Source of the DNA: a bacterium
Lineage (GTDB): Bacteria; UBA8248
Length of the DNA stretch: 64,000 bases
Reading direction: 5' to 3'
Assembly: GCA_965204535.1 (NCBI GenBank)
Contig: CBDBEV010000001.1
Location: 1,312,001-1,376,000 of the forward strand
Shown here piece after piece: positions 6,359-16,125 of this stretch. A program made the position numbers and the translations under genes. A model generated the notes under the pieces. That model worked only from the letters and a program-made list of their open reading frames with translations. It was not told the origin of the DNA and searched no databases. The stretch's first letter is position 1. Each line of letters begins with the position of its first letter.

Positions 6359-7750
6359 ATGTTTACCAAACACATCGCAGTGGTTCTTTTCCTGTTGGTT
6401 TTCACGTTCGGTTGTGGTGGTGGGTCAATGCAGAGTGAACTGCCGGTTCAGAATTACTCAAGGCCAGCTTACCAAAACCCGAATTACCATCCCTATTTAA
6501 CGCCATCCAATGCTTACAGGTGGGAAAACACAATACATGTAGGTGGCGACGTTGAACCCCGCGATAAATTACGCCGGGTCGGAACTTTTGGCAGTATCAA
6601 GGTTTTCCAAGGAGCATCGCGTGATGGCGTCGGAAAGAAACGTCTGGAAAACTACGAACATGACCTGCTGACTCAAGACGATTCGACATCATCTTCGCGT
6701 GATGGATTCTATCCATTCAGAGTGGCTCCAAAGATTTGGCTTGAAGATGATTTTTACAGACTTCTCAGGGCAAATGATGAAAAAGCGGAAGGTCTTATAC
6801 AAGCATTGTTCGGAAGCGTTCGGATTCTCAACGATGCCCTTCCGCCTGAATTTCAAATCGACTTCACTACCGAAGATTCACCCCAAGTCGAGGGAACAAT
6901 CGCTATCGCATTTCGTTCCCCTGGTAGGATTGCGGAAATTTGCGGTAGTGCTGGGACTGTCGCATGCGCATCATCGGATGTTTTAAATTTGCACAACAAG
7001 ACGAATTCAGCCGTTATTTATTTTCCCGACAACCTGGACACATCAAAGAGGCAAACGACCCAAACGATAATACTCCATGAACTTTTGCATGCTCTTGGCA
7101 TTCAGGGACATGTGGACAGTATTGAATTTCCCGACTCGCTTATGGGCGCATACGGCGATTTTTTCCCGAACCCAGGGTTCGTATTGCACCGCATTGATCG
7201 AGAGATTTTACAAATTATGTACATGTCTCAACGGACGGATGACTACAATGATTGGGGTGAATGGAGTGATACGACCCTGCACATAACCGGAGAGTCTGTC
7301 GATGGGCACGTCAATTTCGGGGTGGCGCTGTTCAATGGTCTGCCACAACCTTGGGCGCGTGGCGTGGCACCTCGAAGTATGTTGAGCTTCGAGTCAAAAC
7401 CATCTTACTTGTTCGGGTCCGTTTCATGGAAAGGCTCTCTGTTAGGGTTCTCGGGGATATCTCCGGTTTACGGGGAAACCACACTCACTGTTGACATGGA
7501 CAACCTTGATGACGAACAAGACCTGAATTTCAGGAACCTGTTCTTCCTCAGTCGGTTCGAAGAAAGCGGAGCCGAAAGGTGGTTCCCTACTAGGAACATA
7601 GCCTACAAGGTGAAAATGTCACAACAAGGATTTTATCGTTCCGAAGATGACGGCCAAATTAGAGGCGTTTTCATCGGTCCAAGGCACGAGGGTATGGCAG
7701 GAACGCTCAAGCGCACAGACCTGGTCGGAGCATTCGGGGGGAAACGATAA
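6359..7750 (+). CDS. Lipoprotein, metzincin Zn-protease domain plus C-terminal TbpB-like beta-barrel
   Basis: Lipobox TFGC, HELLHALGIQGH (HExxHxxGxxH), Met-turn DSLMG, C-terminus GVFIGPRHEGMAGTLKRTDLVGAFGGKR; RBS AAGGAG. Confidence 0.8.
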   Translation: MFTKHIAVVLFLLVFTFGCGGGSMQSELPVQNYSRPAYQNPNYHPYLTPSNAYRWENTIHVGGDVEPRDKLRRVGTFGSIKVFQGASRDGVGKKRLENYEHDLLTQDDSTSSSRDGFYPFRVAPKIWLEDDFYRLLRANDEKAEGLIQALFGSVRILNDALPPEFQIDFTTEDSPQVEGTIAIAFRSPGRIAEICGSAGTVACASSDVLNLHNKTNSAVIYFPDNLDTSKRQTTQTIILHELLHALGIQGHVDSIEFPDSLMGAYGDFFPNPGFVLHRIDREILQIMYMSQRTDDYNDWGEWSDTTLHITGESVDGHVNFGVALFNGLPQPWARGVAPRSMLSFESKPSYLFGSVSWKGSLLGFSGISPVYGETTLTVDMDNLDDEQDLNFRNLFFLSRFEESGAERWFPTRNIAYKVKMSQQGFYRSEDDGQIRGVFIGPRHEGMAGTLKRTDLVGAFGGKR

Positions 7751-7751
7751 A

Positions 7752-8225
7752 ATGCTTAAACGAATTTTCGCAACTATAAGTATTTTTGTTCTGGGCATTT
7801 CAGGATGCGTTTCCGTTGAGGAATTGGCGCGGCAGGACTTGGGAACCATCGTCGAGCACAAGAGAATTTTCGTTGAATGCAAGGGAAAGCGATTTGCATT
7901 TAAGGAGTGGCTCGAAAAGGAAAAGAAGCATCTCCTGACAAAACATGAAATATCCACCAAATCAACCCAGACATACGCGAAATGCCTTGAAGAAAAGCTG
8001 GGTGTAATGTTCTGGGATCAGGTTCCTACGACCAGTCTTGATATTTTCTCCAAGACAACCTTGAGGTTCTACACCGGTGGAGACCATACCCTGGAAAGGT
8101 ATTTCGAGCGAGTCCGAAAGTGGCAACGAGTAATTCATGAAGGCGGCGAGCCGTGGAAGGGCTTCTGGCATGAACACAACGAAGTGATAGACAAGTGGCG
8201 AGCGATTTACAAGGACGCGAACTAG
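7752..8225 (+). CDS. Hypothetical lipoprotein (157 aa)
   Basis: Starts 1 bp after the protease stop; signal MLKRIFATISIFVLGISGC with lipobox. Confidence 0.7.
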   Translation: MLKRIFATISIFVLGISGCVSVEELARQDLGTIVEHKRIFVECKGKRFAFKEWLEKEKKHLLTKHEISTKSTQTYAKCLEEKLGVMFWDQVPTTSLDIFSKTTLRFYTGGDHTLERYFERVRKWQRVIHEGGEPWKGFWHEHNEVIDKWRAIYKDAN

Positions 8226-8235
8226 GAAGTTCATA

Positions 8236-8475
8236 TTAGACGGGAAGTGGAACGCCCCTTGAAAGCGCATCAGCTTCAATTCTTTTTATGCGGGTTTTCG
8301 TTTCTTTTATATCCACATCAAGGTTTTCTATTTCTACTATGGTTGGCCATCCACTTATGATGCGCTCTGGAAGAGGCACCTTGACCTCAAAACTATCGGT
8401 ATCATACTCCCATGAAAGAAATTCTATTGCTTCCTTTAGAATTTCGACTGTTGTTTCCTTCTTTTTTTCAAGCAT
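8236..8475 (-). CDS. Hypothetical protein, possibly frameshifted (true start may be GTG 8549)
   Basis: 79-aa ORF directly downstream of the transposase; adding one A to the A7 run (8462-8468) joins it to an upstream frame with an AGGA RBS. Confidence 0.4.
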   Translation of the reverse strand: MLEKKKETTVEILKEAIEFLSWEYDTDSFEVKVPLPERIISGWPTIVEIENLDVDIKETKTRIKRIEADALSRGVPLPV

Positions 8476-8560
8476 GCAAGGTGTTGTCTGACCTTTGCAT
8501 ATTCAATTATCGTTTGATCGGCTTGTTCTTCTTTTTCTTTCTCATTCACGCCATCAATCC

Positions 8561-9587
8561 TTAAAGTGGATACAGCCCCTTTCTCGGGAGCCTTTTCGTC
8601 AATTCTCGATACGTCAACCGCTTGTGGTCAAATCCTTGTGCCATTCTCTGCATTTGATCGGCAGTGTCAAGGGGCCGCTGGTTGTGGCGCCCCTCGAACT
8701 CGTTCACATAACGCTGTAGGTACTTGAACTCATCTTGTGGTAGGTGCCCATGTAACCGCGCTTGAGGAGCGCCCAGAACGATTCGACCCCGTTGGTGTGC
8801 GCTTGTTCCCTCACGTATTCTCCCGCGCTGTGTTTCACGGATTCATGTTCGAAATCGACCATACCCCGATAGGACGGATTATCGTCTATGTAGAGCGTCG
8901 CGCCCATGGCGGCGTTCTCTCGCACAAAGCCTTGCAAGGTGGGCTTGTCTGGTGAACCACCCCATTCCTCGCCAAGCTTCACTACTTCGGCGGAAATCCT
9001 GTTTGTTCCCGATCCTTCATCCCGATAACGGCGGTCTTGCCCACCGGTTCGCGTCCCGCTCGCAGCTTCTTGTTCGCGTGCTTGTTTCTCTCCTTGCCGC
9101 CGATGTAGGTCTCATCAACTTCTACTGGCCCTGTCATGGCATCGCCATCATCGAACAGAAACATACCTCCGTCCCATGTATCTTCTTCATCCTCCCACGC
9201 TTCCCTGATTCTGTGGCCTAGATGCCATGCGCTCTTTTGCGTGATGCCGAGGTCGCGGTGTAGCTTCATGCTGGAATGACCCTTGAAGTTGGTCGTCATG
9301 ATGTATATGGCAAATAACCACGTCTGGTAGCCAAGGGGGGAGGCGTGCATGAGAGTATCGGTTTTCACCGAGAAATCCTTGCGGCAATCACGGCAACGAT
9401 AGGGCTGAGGCTTGCGGGTCTTTCGTTCCTGCACATTCAGGCTCCTGCACTTCGGGCAACACACGCCATCCGGCCAGCGCGTCTTGATGAACCATTGCTC
9501 CGCCGCGTCATCATTGGGAAACATGCGGGTCAATTCGATGAGGGAAATGCCTTTGCGGTAATGTTTACCTGGGGCTTTCTGTGTCAT
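8561..9587 (-). pseudogene. IS1595-family transposase with two frameshifts
   Basis: Zn ribbon CPKC..CRDC, VEVDETYIGG, LYIDD, HTNGVESFWALLKRG, and in a third frame YLQRYVNEFEGRHN; single-base losses near 9006 and 8727. Confidence 0.9.
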
Positions 9588-9693
9588 GTAATTACCTCCT
9601 TTATTTTGGAAGCAATTTACCCTAACGGTATGAATTTGTCAAGTGGGTAACTTAGTATATAATTCCCTTTTCTTTTACACCGCTGATTGTCCG

Positions 9694-12174
9694 CTATTCA
9701 TCTACGGGGTGGTAGTTCAGTTCGCTCCCGGGCGGGGAATCGCCCTCGGTCGCTTCGTCCTCATAAAGAGCATCCGGCGGGGCGTCTTCCGTGAACTGCG
9801 TGTCATCCGCGTCCGCATCCTGCGGGGCGGGGGCGGGCTCCTTGAGAAGCGGGGCGAGTTTCGCCTCGCGGCGGATTCTTTCCGGCAGGCCGCTCCAGCG
9901 CCTCCTCACGCGCGCGTTTCCTATCGCCATGCCGAGCGCCTTTTTCGCCCCGACGAACACCGCCAGACGCTTCGCCCGCGTGAGGGCGGTGTAGACGAGG
10001 TTTCTCTGCAGCATCGGGAAGTGCTGGGTGTGGAGCGGGATGACGACGGCGGGGTATTCGCTCCCCTGGCTCTTGTGGACGGTGATGGCGTAGGCGTGCA
10101 TCACCTCATCGAGCGCGCCGCGCGTGTATTCGACGACGTTCGAATCGAAAGCGGCGCGAATGCTTCCCTCCTCCGGGGACACGCTCTTGACGACGCCGAT
10201 GTCGCCGTTGAACACGTCCTTGTCGTAGTTGTTGCGCACCTGGATGAGCTTGTCCCCGGTGCGGAACGTCCGGCCTCCGCTCTGGAGCGCGGGCGCGCTT
10301 CCGGCGGGGTTGAGCGCTTCCTGCAGGCGCGCGTTCAGGCTCTGCACGCCGAGCACGCCGCGCTGCATGGGGGAGATGACCTGGAGGTCGGCGATGGCGT
10401 CGATCTGGAACCGATCGGGAATGCGCTCGCGGCACAGTTCGATGATGAGGTCGGCGCAGCGCTCCGCCTCGCTCTCCTCGATGAAGTAATAGTCGAGCGG
10501 GGCGTCTTCTTTTTCCCCCTTGCCGTTTCGGGGCATCTCGCCGCGGTTCACGCGGTGGGCGTTCTCGACGATCAGGCTCTCCTGCGCCTGTCGGAAGACC
10601 TCCGTGAGCCGCGCCACGGGCAGGGTTTCCGACGTGATGACGTCGCTTAAGACGTTGCCGGGCCCCACGGAGGGGAGCTGGTCCACGTCGCCCACCAGGA
10701 CAAGCGTCGCCGGGTCGGGTACCGCGCGCAGCAGGTGGGCCGTCAGGTGTACGTCGAGCATCGAGGCCTCATCAATAATTACGATGTCGCCGGTGAGCGG
10801 GTTTTCCGCATCGCGGGTGAAGCCGCCCGAGTGCCAGCTGTATTCGAGCAGTCTGTGGATGGTGGCCGCCTCGTGGCCTGTGACTTCAGAAAGACGCTTG
10901 GCCGCCCGGCCCGTAGGGGCGCCGAGGATGACCTGGAGGCCGAGTTTCGTGTAGAGGTTCGTGACGGCGCTCACGATGGTCGTCTTGCCGGTGCCGGGGC
11001 CGCCCGTGACGATGAGCACTTTCTGCGTGAGCGCGCCCTCTATCGCCGCCCCCTGATCCTTCGTCGCCTTGCCGCCCTCGAGCGCGCGCCGGGCGAGATG
11101 GCCGAGACGCTCTTTCGTCGTGCTCCCGGGCGCTCCCTGTCCCCGCATGGCGGCTTCGAGACGCGCCTCGTCGCGCGGCGTGCGGATGAGCGCGGCGAGA
11201 CGGCGGGCGACCTCGCATTCCGCGGCGTAGAGCGGACGCGCGTAGACGCGCTTGCCCTCGGCCGAAGCGAGGTTCTCGACCATGTTCGCCGATTCGATCA
11301 CCACCGAGCCGCCCTGGCCCAGGTTCTCGAGAACGGGAGCGAGGGCGTCGGCTTCGGTCTCGAGCATCTCGGCGGCCGTCTCCATCAGGTCGCCGTAGGG
11401 CAGAAAGCAGTGGCCCTCGCGCTCGGCGAGCTGGTTTAGGACGTAGACGGCTCCCGCCGCCAGGCGTTTGGGAGAGTCAACGGGAATTCCCAGCTTCTGC
11501 GCGATGCGGTCCGCGCTCTTGAAGCCCACGCCGTGAATCTCTGACGCCAGGCGATAGGGGTCTTCGCGCAGAATCCGTATGGACGCCTCGCCGTAGGTTC
11601 TCAGGATTTTCTCGGATAGATGGAGCGGGACGTCGTATTGACGGAGAAAAAGCATGATCTCCTTGACCTCGCTCTGGCTCTTCCAGCTCTCGACGATGGC
11701 TTCGAGCTTCTTCGCGCCCAGACCGGCGACTTCCGTGAGGCGCTCGGGGTGGTTGTCGAGGATTTCGAGGGATTTCTCCCCGAAGCGCGTAACGATTCTC
11801 CTGGCGAGAGCGGGGCCGATGTTCTTCACGATGCCGGACGCCAGGTACTTTTCGATTCCCTCGATTGTCGTGGGTGTCAGCGGGCGGGCGAGCTCGGCGT
11901 GGAACTGGCGGCCGAACCTGGGGTGATCCTTCCAGCCGCCCTCGAAGCGCGCGCGCTCGCCCTCGCGGATGGAGGAGAGATAGCCCACAACGGCCACGCG
12001 GGGGAAATCCTCGTTGTCCGGCTGGACGAGCAGGACGCTGTAGCCGGTGTCCTCCGCGCGGAAGCGGATGCGCTCGACCGCGCCGGTCAGTTCGGTCCCG
12101 TCTTGCGGGAAGAGGCCCGCCTGGGGAGGAGGGGTCCTTCTTCCGGGGCGTGGTGTTCTCGGTTTGCGCGTCAT
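9694..12174 (-). CDS. recD2: ATP-dependent RecD2-like DNA helicase
   Basis: HhH region, TGGPGTGKTT, APTGRAAKRL, IIDEASM, VGDVDQLPSVGPG, AYAITVHKSQGSEY. Confidence 0.95.
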   Translation of the reverse strand: MTRKPRTPRPGRRTPPPQAGLFPQDGTELTGAVERIRFRAEDTGYSVLLVQPDNEDFPRVAVVGYLSSIREGERARFEGGWKDHPRFGRQFHAELARPLTPTTIEGIEKYLASGIVKNIGPALARRIVTRFGEKSLEILDNHPERLTEVAGLGAKKLEAIVESWKSQSEVKEIMLFLRQYDVPLHLSEKILRTYGEASIRILREDPYRLASEIHGVGFKSADRIAQKLGIPVDSPKRLAAGAVYVLNQLAEREGHCFLPYGDLMETAAEMLETEADALAPVLENLGQGGSVVIESANMVENLASAEGKRVYARPLYAAECEVARRLAALIRTPRDEARLEAAMRGQGAPGSTTKERLGHLARRALEGGKATKDQGAAIEGALTQKVLIVTGGPGTGKTTIVSAVTNLYTKLGLQVILGAPTGRAAKRLSEVTGHEAATIHRLLEYSWHSGGFTRDAENPLTGDIVIIDEASMLDVHLTAHLLRAVPDPATLVLVGDVDQLPSVGPGNVLSDVITSETLPVARLTEVFRQAQESLIVENAHRVNRGEMPRNGKGEKEDAPLDYYFIEESEAERCADLIIELCRERIPDRFQIDAIADLQVISPMQRGVLGVQSLNARLQEALNPAGSAPALQSGGRTFRTGDKLIQVRNNYDKDVFNGDIGVVKSVSPEEGSIRAAFDSNVVEYTRGALDEVMHAYAITVHKSQGSEYPAVVIPLHTQHFPMLQRNLVYTALTRAKRLAVFVGAKKALGMAIGNARVRRRWSGLPERIRREAKLAPLLKEPAPAPQDADADDTQFTEDAPPDALYEDEATEGDSPPGSELNYHPVDE

Positions 12175-12254
12175 GGGCCGTTCCTGATCGCATCCGGCCG
12201 GGCGGAGCGGTGCGTCACCGGTTGCGCGTGGCCGGGGTCAGAGCGAGCGTCAGT

Positions 12255-13058
12255 TCAGCCCCCGCTCCTTCCGGTTTTTTTCGCTTCATTCCAGAGCGTT
12301 TCCAGCTCTTCGAGCGTCACGTCCTCGGGCGAGAGTCCCCGGGCGCGCAGCGCTTGTTCCATATGGTGAAAACGCGCGGTAAAGCGCGCGATGCAGGCGC
12401 GGGCCGCTCCCTCGGCGCTCACCCCGAGCTTCCGGGAGAGGTTCACGGCGGCGAAGAGAAGATCGCCCATCTCTTGTTCGATCGCTTCGCGGTCTTCTTT
12501 CCGCATCGCCGCCTTGAGTTCCGCCCATTCTTCTTCCACCTTGTCCGCCGCTCCGGCCGGGTCCGGCCAGTCGAAGCCCACGCGCGAAGCCTTTCCCTGA
12601 AGTCTCTGGGCGCGCTGGAGCGCGGGCATGGCGGCGGGCACGCCGTCGAGAATGGAGGCCGCGCCGTTCTCATCCCCCGCGCGGGACTTTCGCTTGCTGA
12701 TCTCCCAGTTCCGGAGCACCTCGCCACTGGTCTCGGCCAGAGCGTCCTCGAACACGTGGGGGTGGCGGTCGATCATCTTCTGCGCGAGGGCGCGGGCGGT
12801 TTCCTCGGCGTCGAAGAGGCCCTTCTCCTCGGCGAGTCGGCAGTGGAAGAGTACCTGAAGCAGGAGGTCGCCCAACTCTTCTTTGAGCATGGCGGGGTCG
12901 CCCGCCTCGATGGCCTCCATCACCTCGTAGGCTTCCTCAATGAGGTAGGGCTTGAGGCTCTGGTGGTCCTGCTCCTTGTCCCAGGGGCAGCCGTCCGGCG
13001 CTCTGAGGCGGGCCATAACCTCCACCGCGCGCTCGAAACCGCTTTTGTTCTCGCTCAA
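12255..13058 (-). CDS. mazG: Nucleoside triphosphate pyrophosphohydrolase MazG
   Basis: LRAPDGCPWDKEQ, EEAYE, EELGDLL, RHPHVF, GFDW. Confidence 0.95.
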   Translation of the reverse strand: MSENKSGFERAVEVMARLRAPDGCPWDKEQDHQSLKPYLIEEAYEVMEAIEAGDPAMLKEELGDLLLQVLFHCRLAEEKGLFDAEETARALAQKMIDRHPHVFEDALAETSGEVLRNWEISKRKSRAGDENGAASILDGVPAAMPALQRAQRLQGKASRVGFDWPDPAGAADKVEEEWAELKAAMRKEDREAIEQEMGDLLFAAVNLSRKLGVSAEGAARACIARFTARFHHMEQALRARGLSPEDVTLEELETLWNEAKKTGRSGG

Positions 13059-13246
13059 TGCCTGGCCTCACGATTGGGAATCCCGACGCCCGCAGTATAC
13101 GCGCAACGTCCCCGGAGGGGCAACGATCCTCCGGGGGGCCGCCGCATGATATGGGCGGATCGGATACGGGCGAGCGCGGTATGTCTTGACGGGAGACGAC
13201 GCCGAGGGGGGAGATCGTCGTCTGCACCAGTTTCGTCGAGCGTTTC

Positions 13247-14305
13247 TCAGGAAACAGTCGTTTGCGTCCCGATATTTTCCCGTTTCTCCAATGGAAAATG
13301 GCAGGCGGCCTCGGTTCCGCCGGGATAAGACGTCAGCATCGGCATTTCGACTCGGCACCTCTCTTCTCTTTGGGGACAACGGCTGTAAAAACGGCAAAGG
13401 TGCGGGGAAGGATCGATGGGGCTCATCGGCTCGCCGGTCAATCGCACCCGTTCGGTGCGCTCGTTCGTGTTGATGGCGGGTATGGCGGAGAGGAGCGCCC
13501 GGGTGTAGGGATGGCGGGGGTGACGCAGAATTTCCCGGGTGGGACCGGCCTCCACGATTTTGCCGAGATACATCACCAGAACCCGTTGGCAGAGCAGCCG
13601 GACGACGTTCAGATCATGGGAGACGAACAGATAGCTCATCCCGAGGCGGTTCTTCAAATCTTCGAGAAGATGCAGGATGACCGCCTGAACCGAAACGTCC
13701 AGGGCGGAGGTGGGCTCGTCCAGAATGAGGAGCGAGGGTTCGAGCGCTATCGCGCGGGCGATTCCGACCCGCGCCTTCTGACCGCCGGAGAGCTGGTGCG
13801 GATAACGGGTCAGGAATTCGGGGGCGAGACCCACCAGAGCGCAGAGTTCCTCCACGCGCTTCGCCAGTTCGGGGCCGCTCCGCATCCCGCCCAGACGCAA
13901 GAGCGGATCGGCGACCGCCCGAAAAGTCGTGAACCCGGGATTCAGGCTTTCCGTGGGGTCCTGGAAAACCATCTGGATTTTCCGGCGCTTCTCGCCCTGG
14001 ATGAAGCGGCTCGCCGGAATCCCCCCGATGTTCCTGCCCTCGAAGGCGATGGCGCCCGATGTCGGGTCCTGCAGGCGGGCGATCAAGCGGGCGAGGGTGG
14101 ATTTCCCGCAGCCGGACTCGCCGACGAGGCCGACGCTCTCTCCCGCTTGTATCGAGAAGGTCACGCCGTCCACGGCGTGGAGATGGCCCGCTTCGCCTCG
14201 TTCTTCGGCCCCCATGCCCCGCAGCGAATTCCAGATCCTTGCCATCGCTCCGCTTCTGCGGATCGGGAACTTCTTCAGGAGGTCGACGGTTTGGAGCAAT
14301 GCCAT
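13247..14305 (-). CDS. Dpp/Opp-family ABC ATPase (DppF-like)
   Basis: GESGCGKST, LSGGQ, LILDEPTSALD, HPYT; ATG overlaps the upstream TGA. Confidence 0.92.
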   Translation of the reverse strand: MALLQTVDLLKKFPIRRSGAMARIWNSLRGMGAEERGEAGHLHAVDGVTFSIQAGESVGLVGESGCGKSTLARLIARLQDPTSGAIAFEGRNIGGIPASRFIQGEKRRKIQMVFQDPTESLNPGFTTFRAVADPLLRLGGMRSGPELAKRVEELCALVGLAPEFLTRYPHQLSGGQKARVGIARAIALEPSLLILDEPTSALDVSVQAVILHLLEDLKNRLGMSYLFVSHDLNVVRLLCQRVLVMYLGKIVEAGPTREILRHPRHPYTRALLSAIPAINTNERTERVRLTGEPMSPIDPSPHLCRFYSRCPQREERCRVEMPMLTSYPGGTEAACHFPLEKRENIGTQTTVS

Positions 14306-15276
14306 CAGAGCGGATACCGGCAGGCGACGAGATGGCCCGCTTCGGTCTCCAGGCGGGGAAGCGGCGGCTCGAGGCAATCCTCTTTGAGGTGTTCGCACCG
14401 CTCGCTATAGCGGCAAGCCGGGAGTTCCGCGCGCAGATCCGGCAGGTTGCCGGGAATCGAAGAAAGCTCGGCGAGGTCTCTGCTCGCATTCGGCGTGGCC
14501 CCGATGAGTTTCGCCGTGTAGGGATGCCGCGGACGCATGAACAGGTATTCGGTATCGGCCACTTCGACCACGTGTCCCGAGTGCATGACGATTATCCTGT
14601 CGCAGTATTCCGCGGCGAGTCCGAGGTCGTGGGTGATGAGGATCGTTCCCATGTTTCTCTCACGCGCCGCGTCCTTGACGAGGTCCATGATCGCCGCCTG
14701 GGTCGTTACGTCCAGACCCGTTACGGGTTCGTCCGCTATCAGGAGCCAGGGGTTGGAGGAGATGGCGATTGCAATCATCACGCGCTGGCACATGCCGCCG
14801 GAGAGTTCGAACGGATAGGCGCGATAGCGTTTTTCCGGGTCGGGGATGTGGACCTGGTTGAGCAGATCGAGTGCGCGCTCCCGAATCTGCCGGCCGCGGA
14901 AACTGCTGTGGCGATAGATGACGTCCTCCAGCTGGCTGCCGATGGTCCGAATGGGGTTCAGCGCCGTTCTCGGGCTTTGGAAGATCATGGATATCTCGCG
15001 CCCGCGCATCTCCTGTAGTTCCTGCCCGGATTTTTCGAACAAAGAGATGCCCCCGAAAACAATCCGGCCCGAGGTGATTCTCGCCGCCGGATCGGAAATC
15101 CCCATGATGGCGTATGACATCACGGATTTTCCCGAACCGCTCTCGCCGACGACGCCGACCGTCTCCCCCTTTTCAATCTCGAAGCTGACGTTCTCGAGCG
15201 CCTTGACGACGCCTGTGCGCGTGCGGAATTCGAGCGAGAGATTATCGACGGCGAGAAGAGGGTTCCGGGATTCCAT
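14305..15276 (-). CDS. Dpp/Opp-family ABC ATPase (DppD-like)
   Basis: GESGSGKS, LSGGMCQR, LIADEP, ITHDL, HPYT. Confidence 0.92.
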   Translation of the reverse strand: MESRNPLLAVDNLSLEFRTRTGVVKALENVSFEIEKGETVGVVGESGSGKSVMSYAIMGISDPAARITSGRIVFGGISLFEKSGQELQEMRGREISMIFQSPRTALNPIRTIGSQLEDVIYRHSSFRGRQIRERALDLLNQVHIPDPEKRYRAYPFELSGGMCQRVMIAIAISSNPWLLIADEPVTGLDVTTQAAIMDLVKDAARERNMGTILITHDLGLAAEYCDRIIVMHSGHVVEVADTEYLFMRPRHPYTAKLIGATPNASRDLAELSSIPGNLPDLRAELPACRYSERCEHLKEDCLEPPLPRLETEAGHLVACRYPL

Positions 15277-16121
15277 CACGTCCTCATTCTCGGGTCGATC
15301 AGATCGCGGAGGCCGTCGCCCAAGAGGTTGAAGCACAGCACGGCGAGCATCAGGGCGGCTCCGGGAAAGATGGCCAGCCACCACTCGCCGGAGACGATGA
15401 ACTTGGCGCCCTCGGCCACCATGATGCCCCACTCGGGAGTCGGGGGCCGGACGCCGAGGCCGATGAAGGAGAGTCCCGCCGCGTTCAGTATGGCGTAACC
15501 CATGTTCAGCGATATCTGAACCATCATGGGCGGCATGATGTTGGGTCCCATGTGAAATAACAGGATCCGGCCGTGTCCATTCCCCGAAAGGCGCGCCGCC
15601 TCCACGAACCCCGCTTCACGGCGCGAATTCGCCTCGGCCCGCGCCACGCGCGCATAGAAGGGGAAGTTGATGACCGCCGTCGTGTAGACGATGTTCTCAA
15701 TCGTGTTCCCCAGAGCCGAAACGATGCCCATGGCCAGCACGAAGAGGGGAAACGCCATGATGGTGTCGGTGAGACGACTGATGAGCTTGTCCGTCATCCC
15801 TCCGAAGTAGCCTGCGCATACGCCGGCGACGCTTCCCGCGACGAAGGAGAGCGAAACGGCCGCCACGGATATCGCGAGGTCGAGCCGCGTGGCCGTGATG
15901 ACGCGGCTGAAAACGTCTCGCCCCAGATTGTCGGTGCCGAACGGGTGCGCCCAAGAAGGCGGCTTGAGAGCGTTGGCCGTGTCGCTGGCGAGGGGATCGT
16001 AGGGCGCGAGCCAGGGGCCGAACAAACCGAGGGCCAACAGCAAAAAGAAAAGGACGAACGAGAAAAGCGTGACGGGATTCTCCCCCATCACGTAGCGCAG
16101 GTGACGGAAATAGGCCTTCAT
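15276..16121 (-). CDS. Dpp/Opp-family ABC permease (DppC-like)
   Basis: HPFGTDNLGRD, FVEAARLSG, LSFIGLG, PEWG, FNLLGDGLRD. Confidence 0.93.
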   Translation of the reverse strand: MKAYFRHLRYVMGENPVTLFSFVLFFLLLALGLFGPWLAPYDPLASDTANALKPPSWAHPFGTDNLGRDVFSRVITATRLDLAISVAAVSLSFVAGSVAGVCAGYFGGMTDKLISRLTDTIMAFPLFVLAMGIVSALGNTIENIVYTTAVINFPFYARVARAEANSRREAGFVEAARLSGNGHGRILLFHMGPNIMPPMMVQISLNMGYAILNAAGLSFIGLGVRPPTPEWGIMVAEGAKFIVSGEWWLAIFPGAALMLAVLCFNLLGDGLRDLIDPRMRT

Positions 16122-16125
16122 TCAC

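Larger units (their letters stand above)
5928..9667 (-). mobile_element. IS1595-family element with passenger genes (3740 bp)
   Basis: Perfect 24-bp TIRs GGGAATTATATACTAAGTTACCCA (5928-5951 and 9644-9667), 8-bp TSD TTTTCTTT (5920-5927 and 9668-9675), IS1595-type transposase, lower GC than the flanks. Confidence 0.95.
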
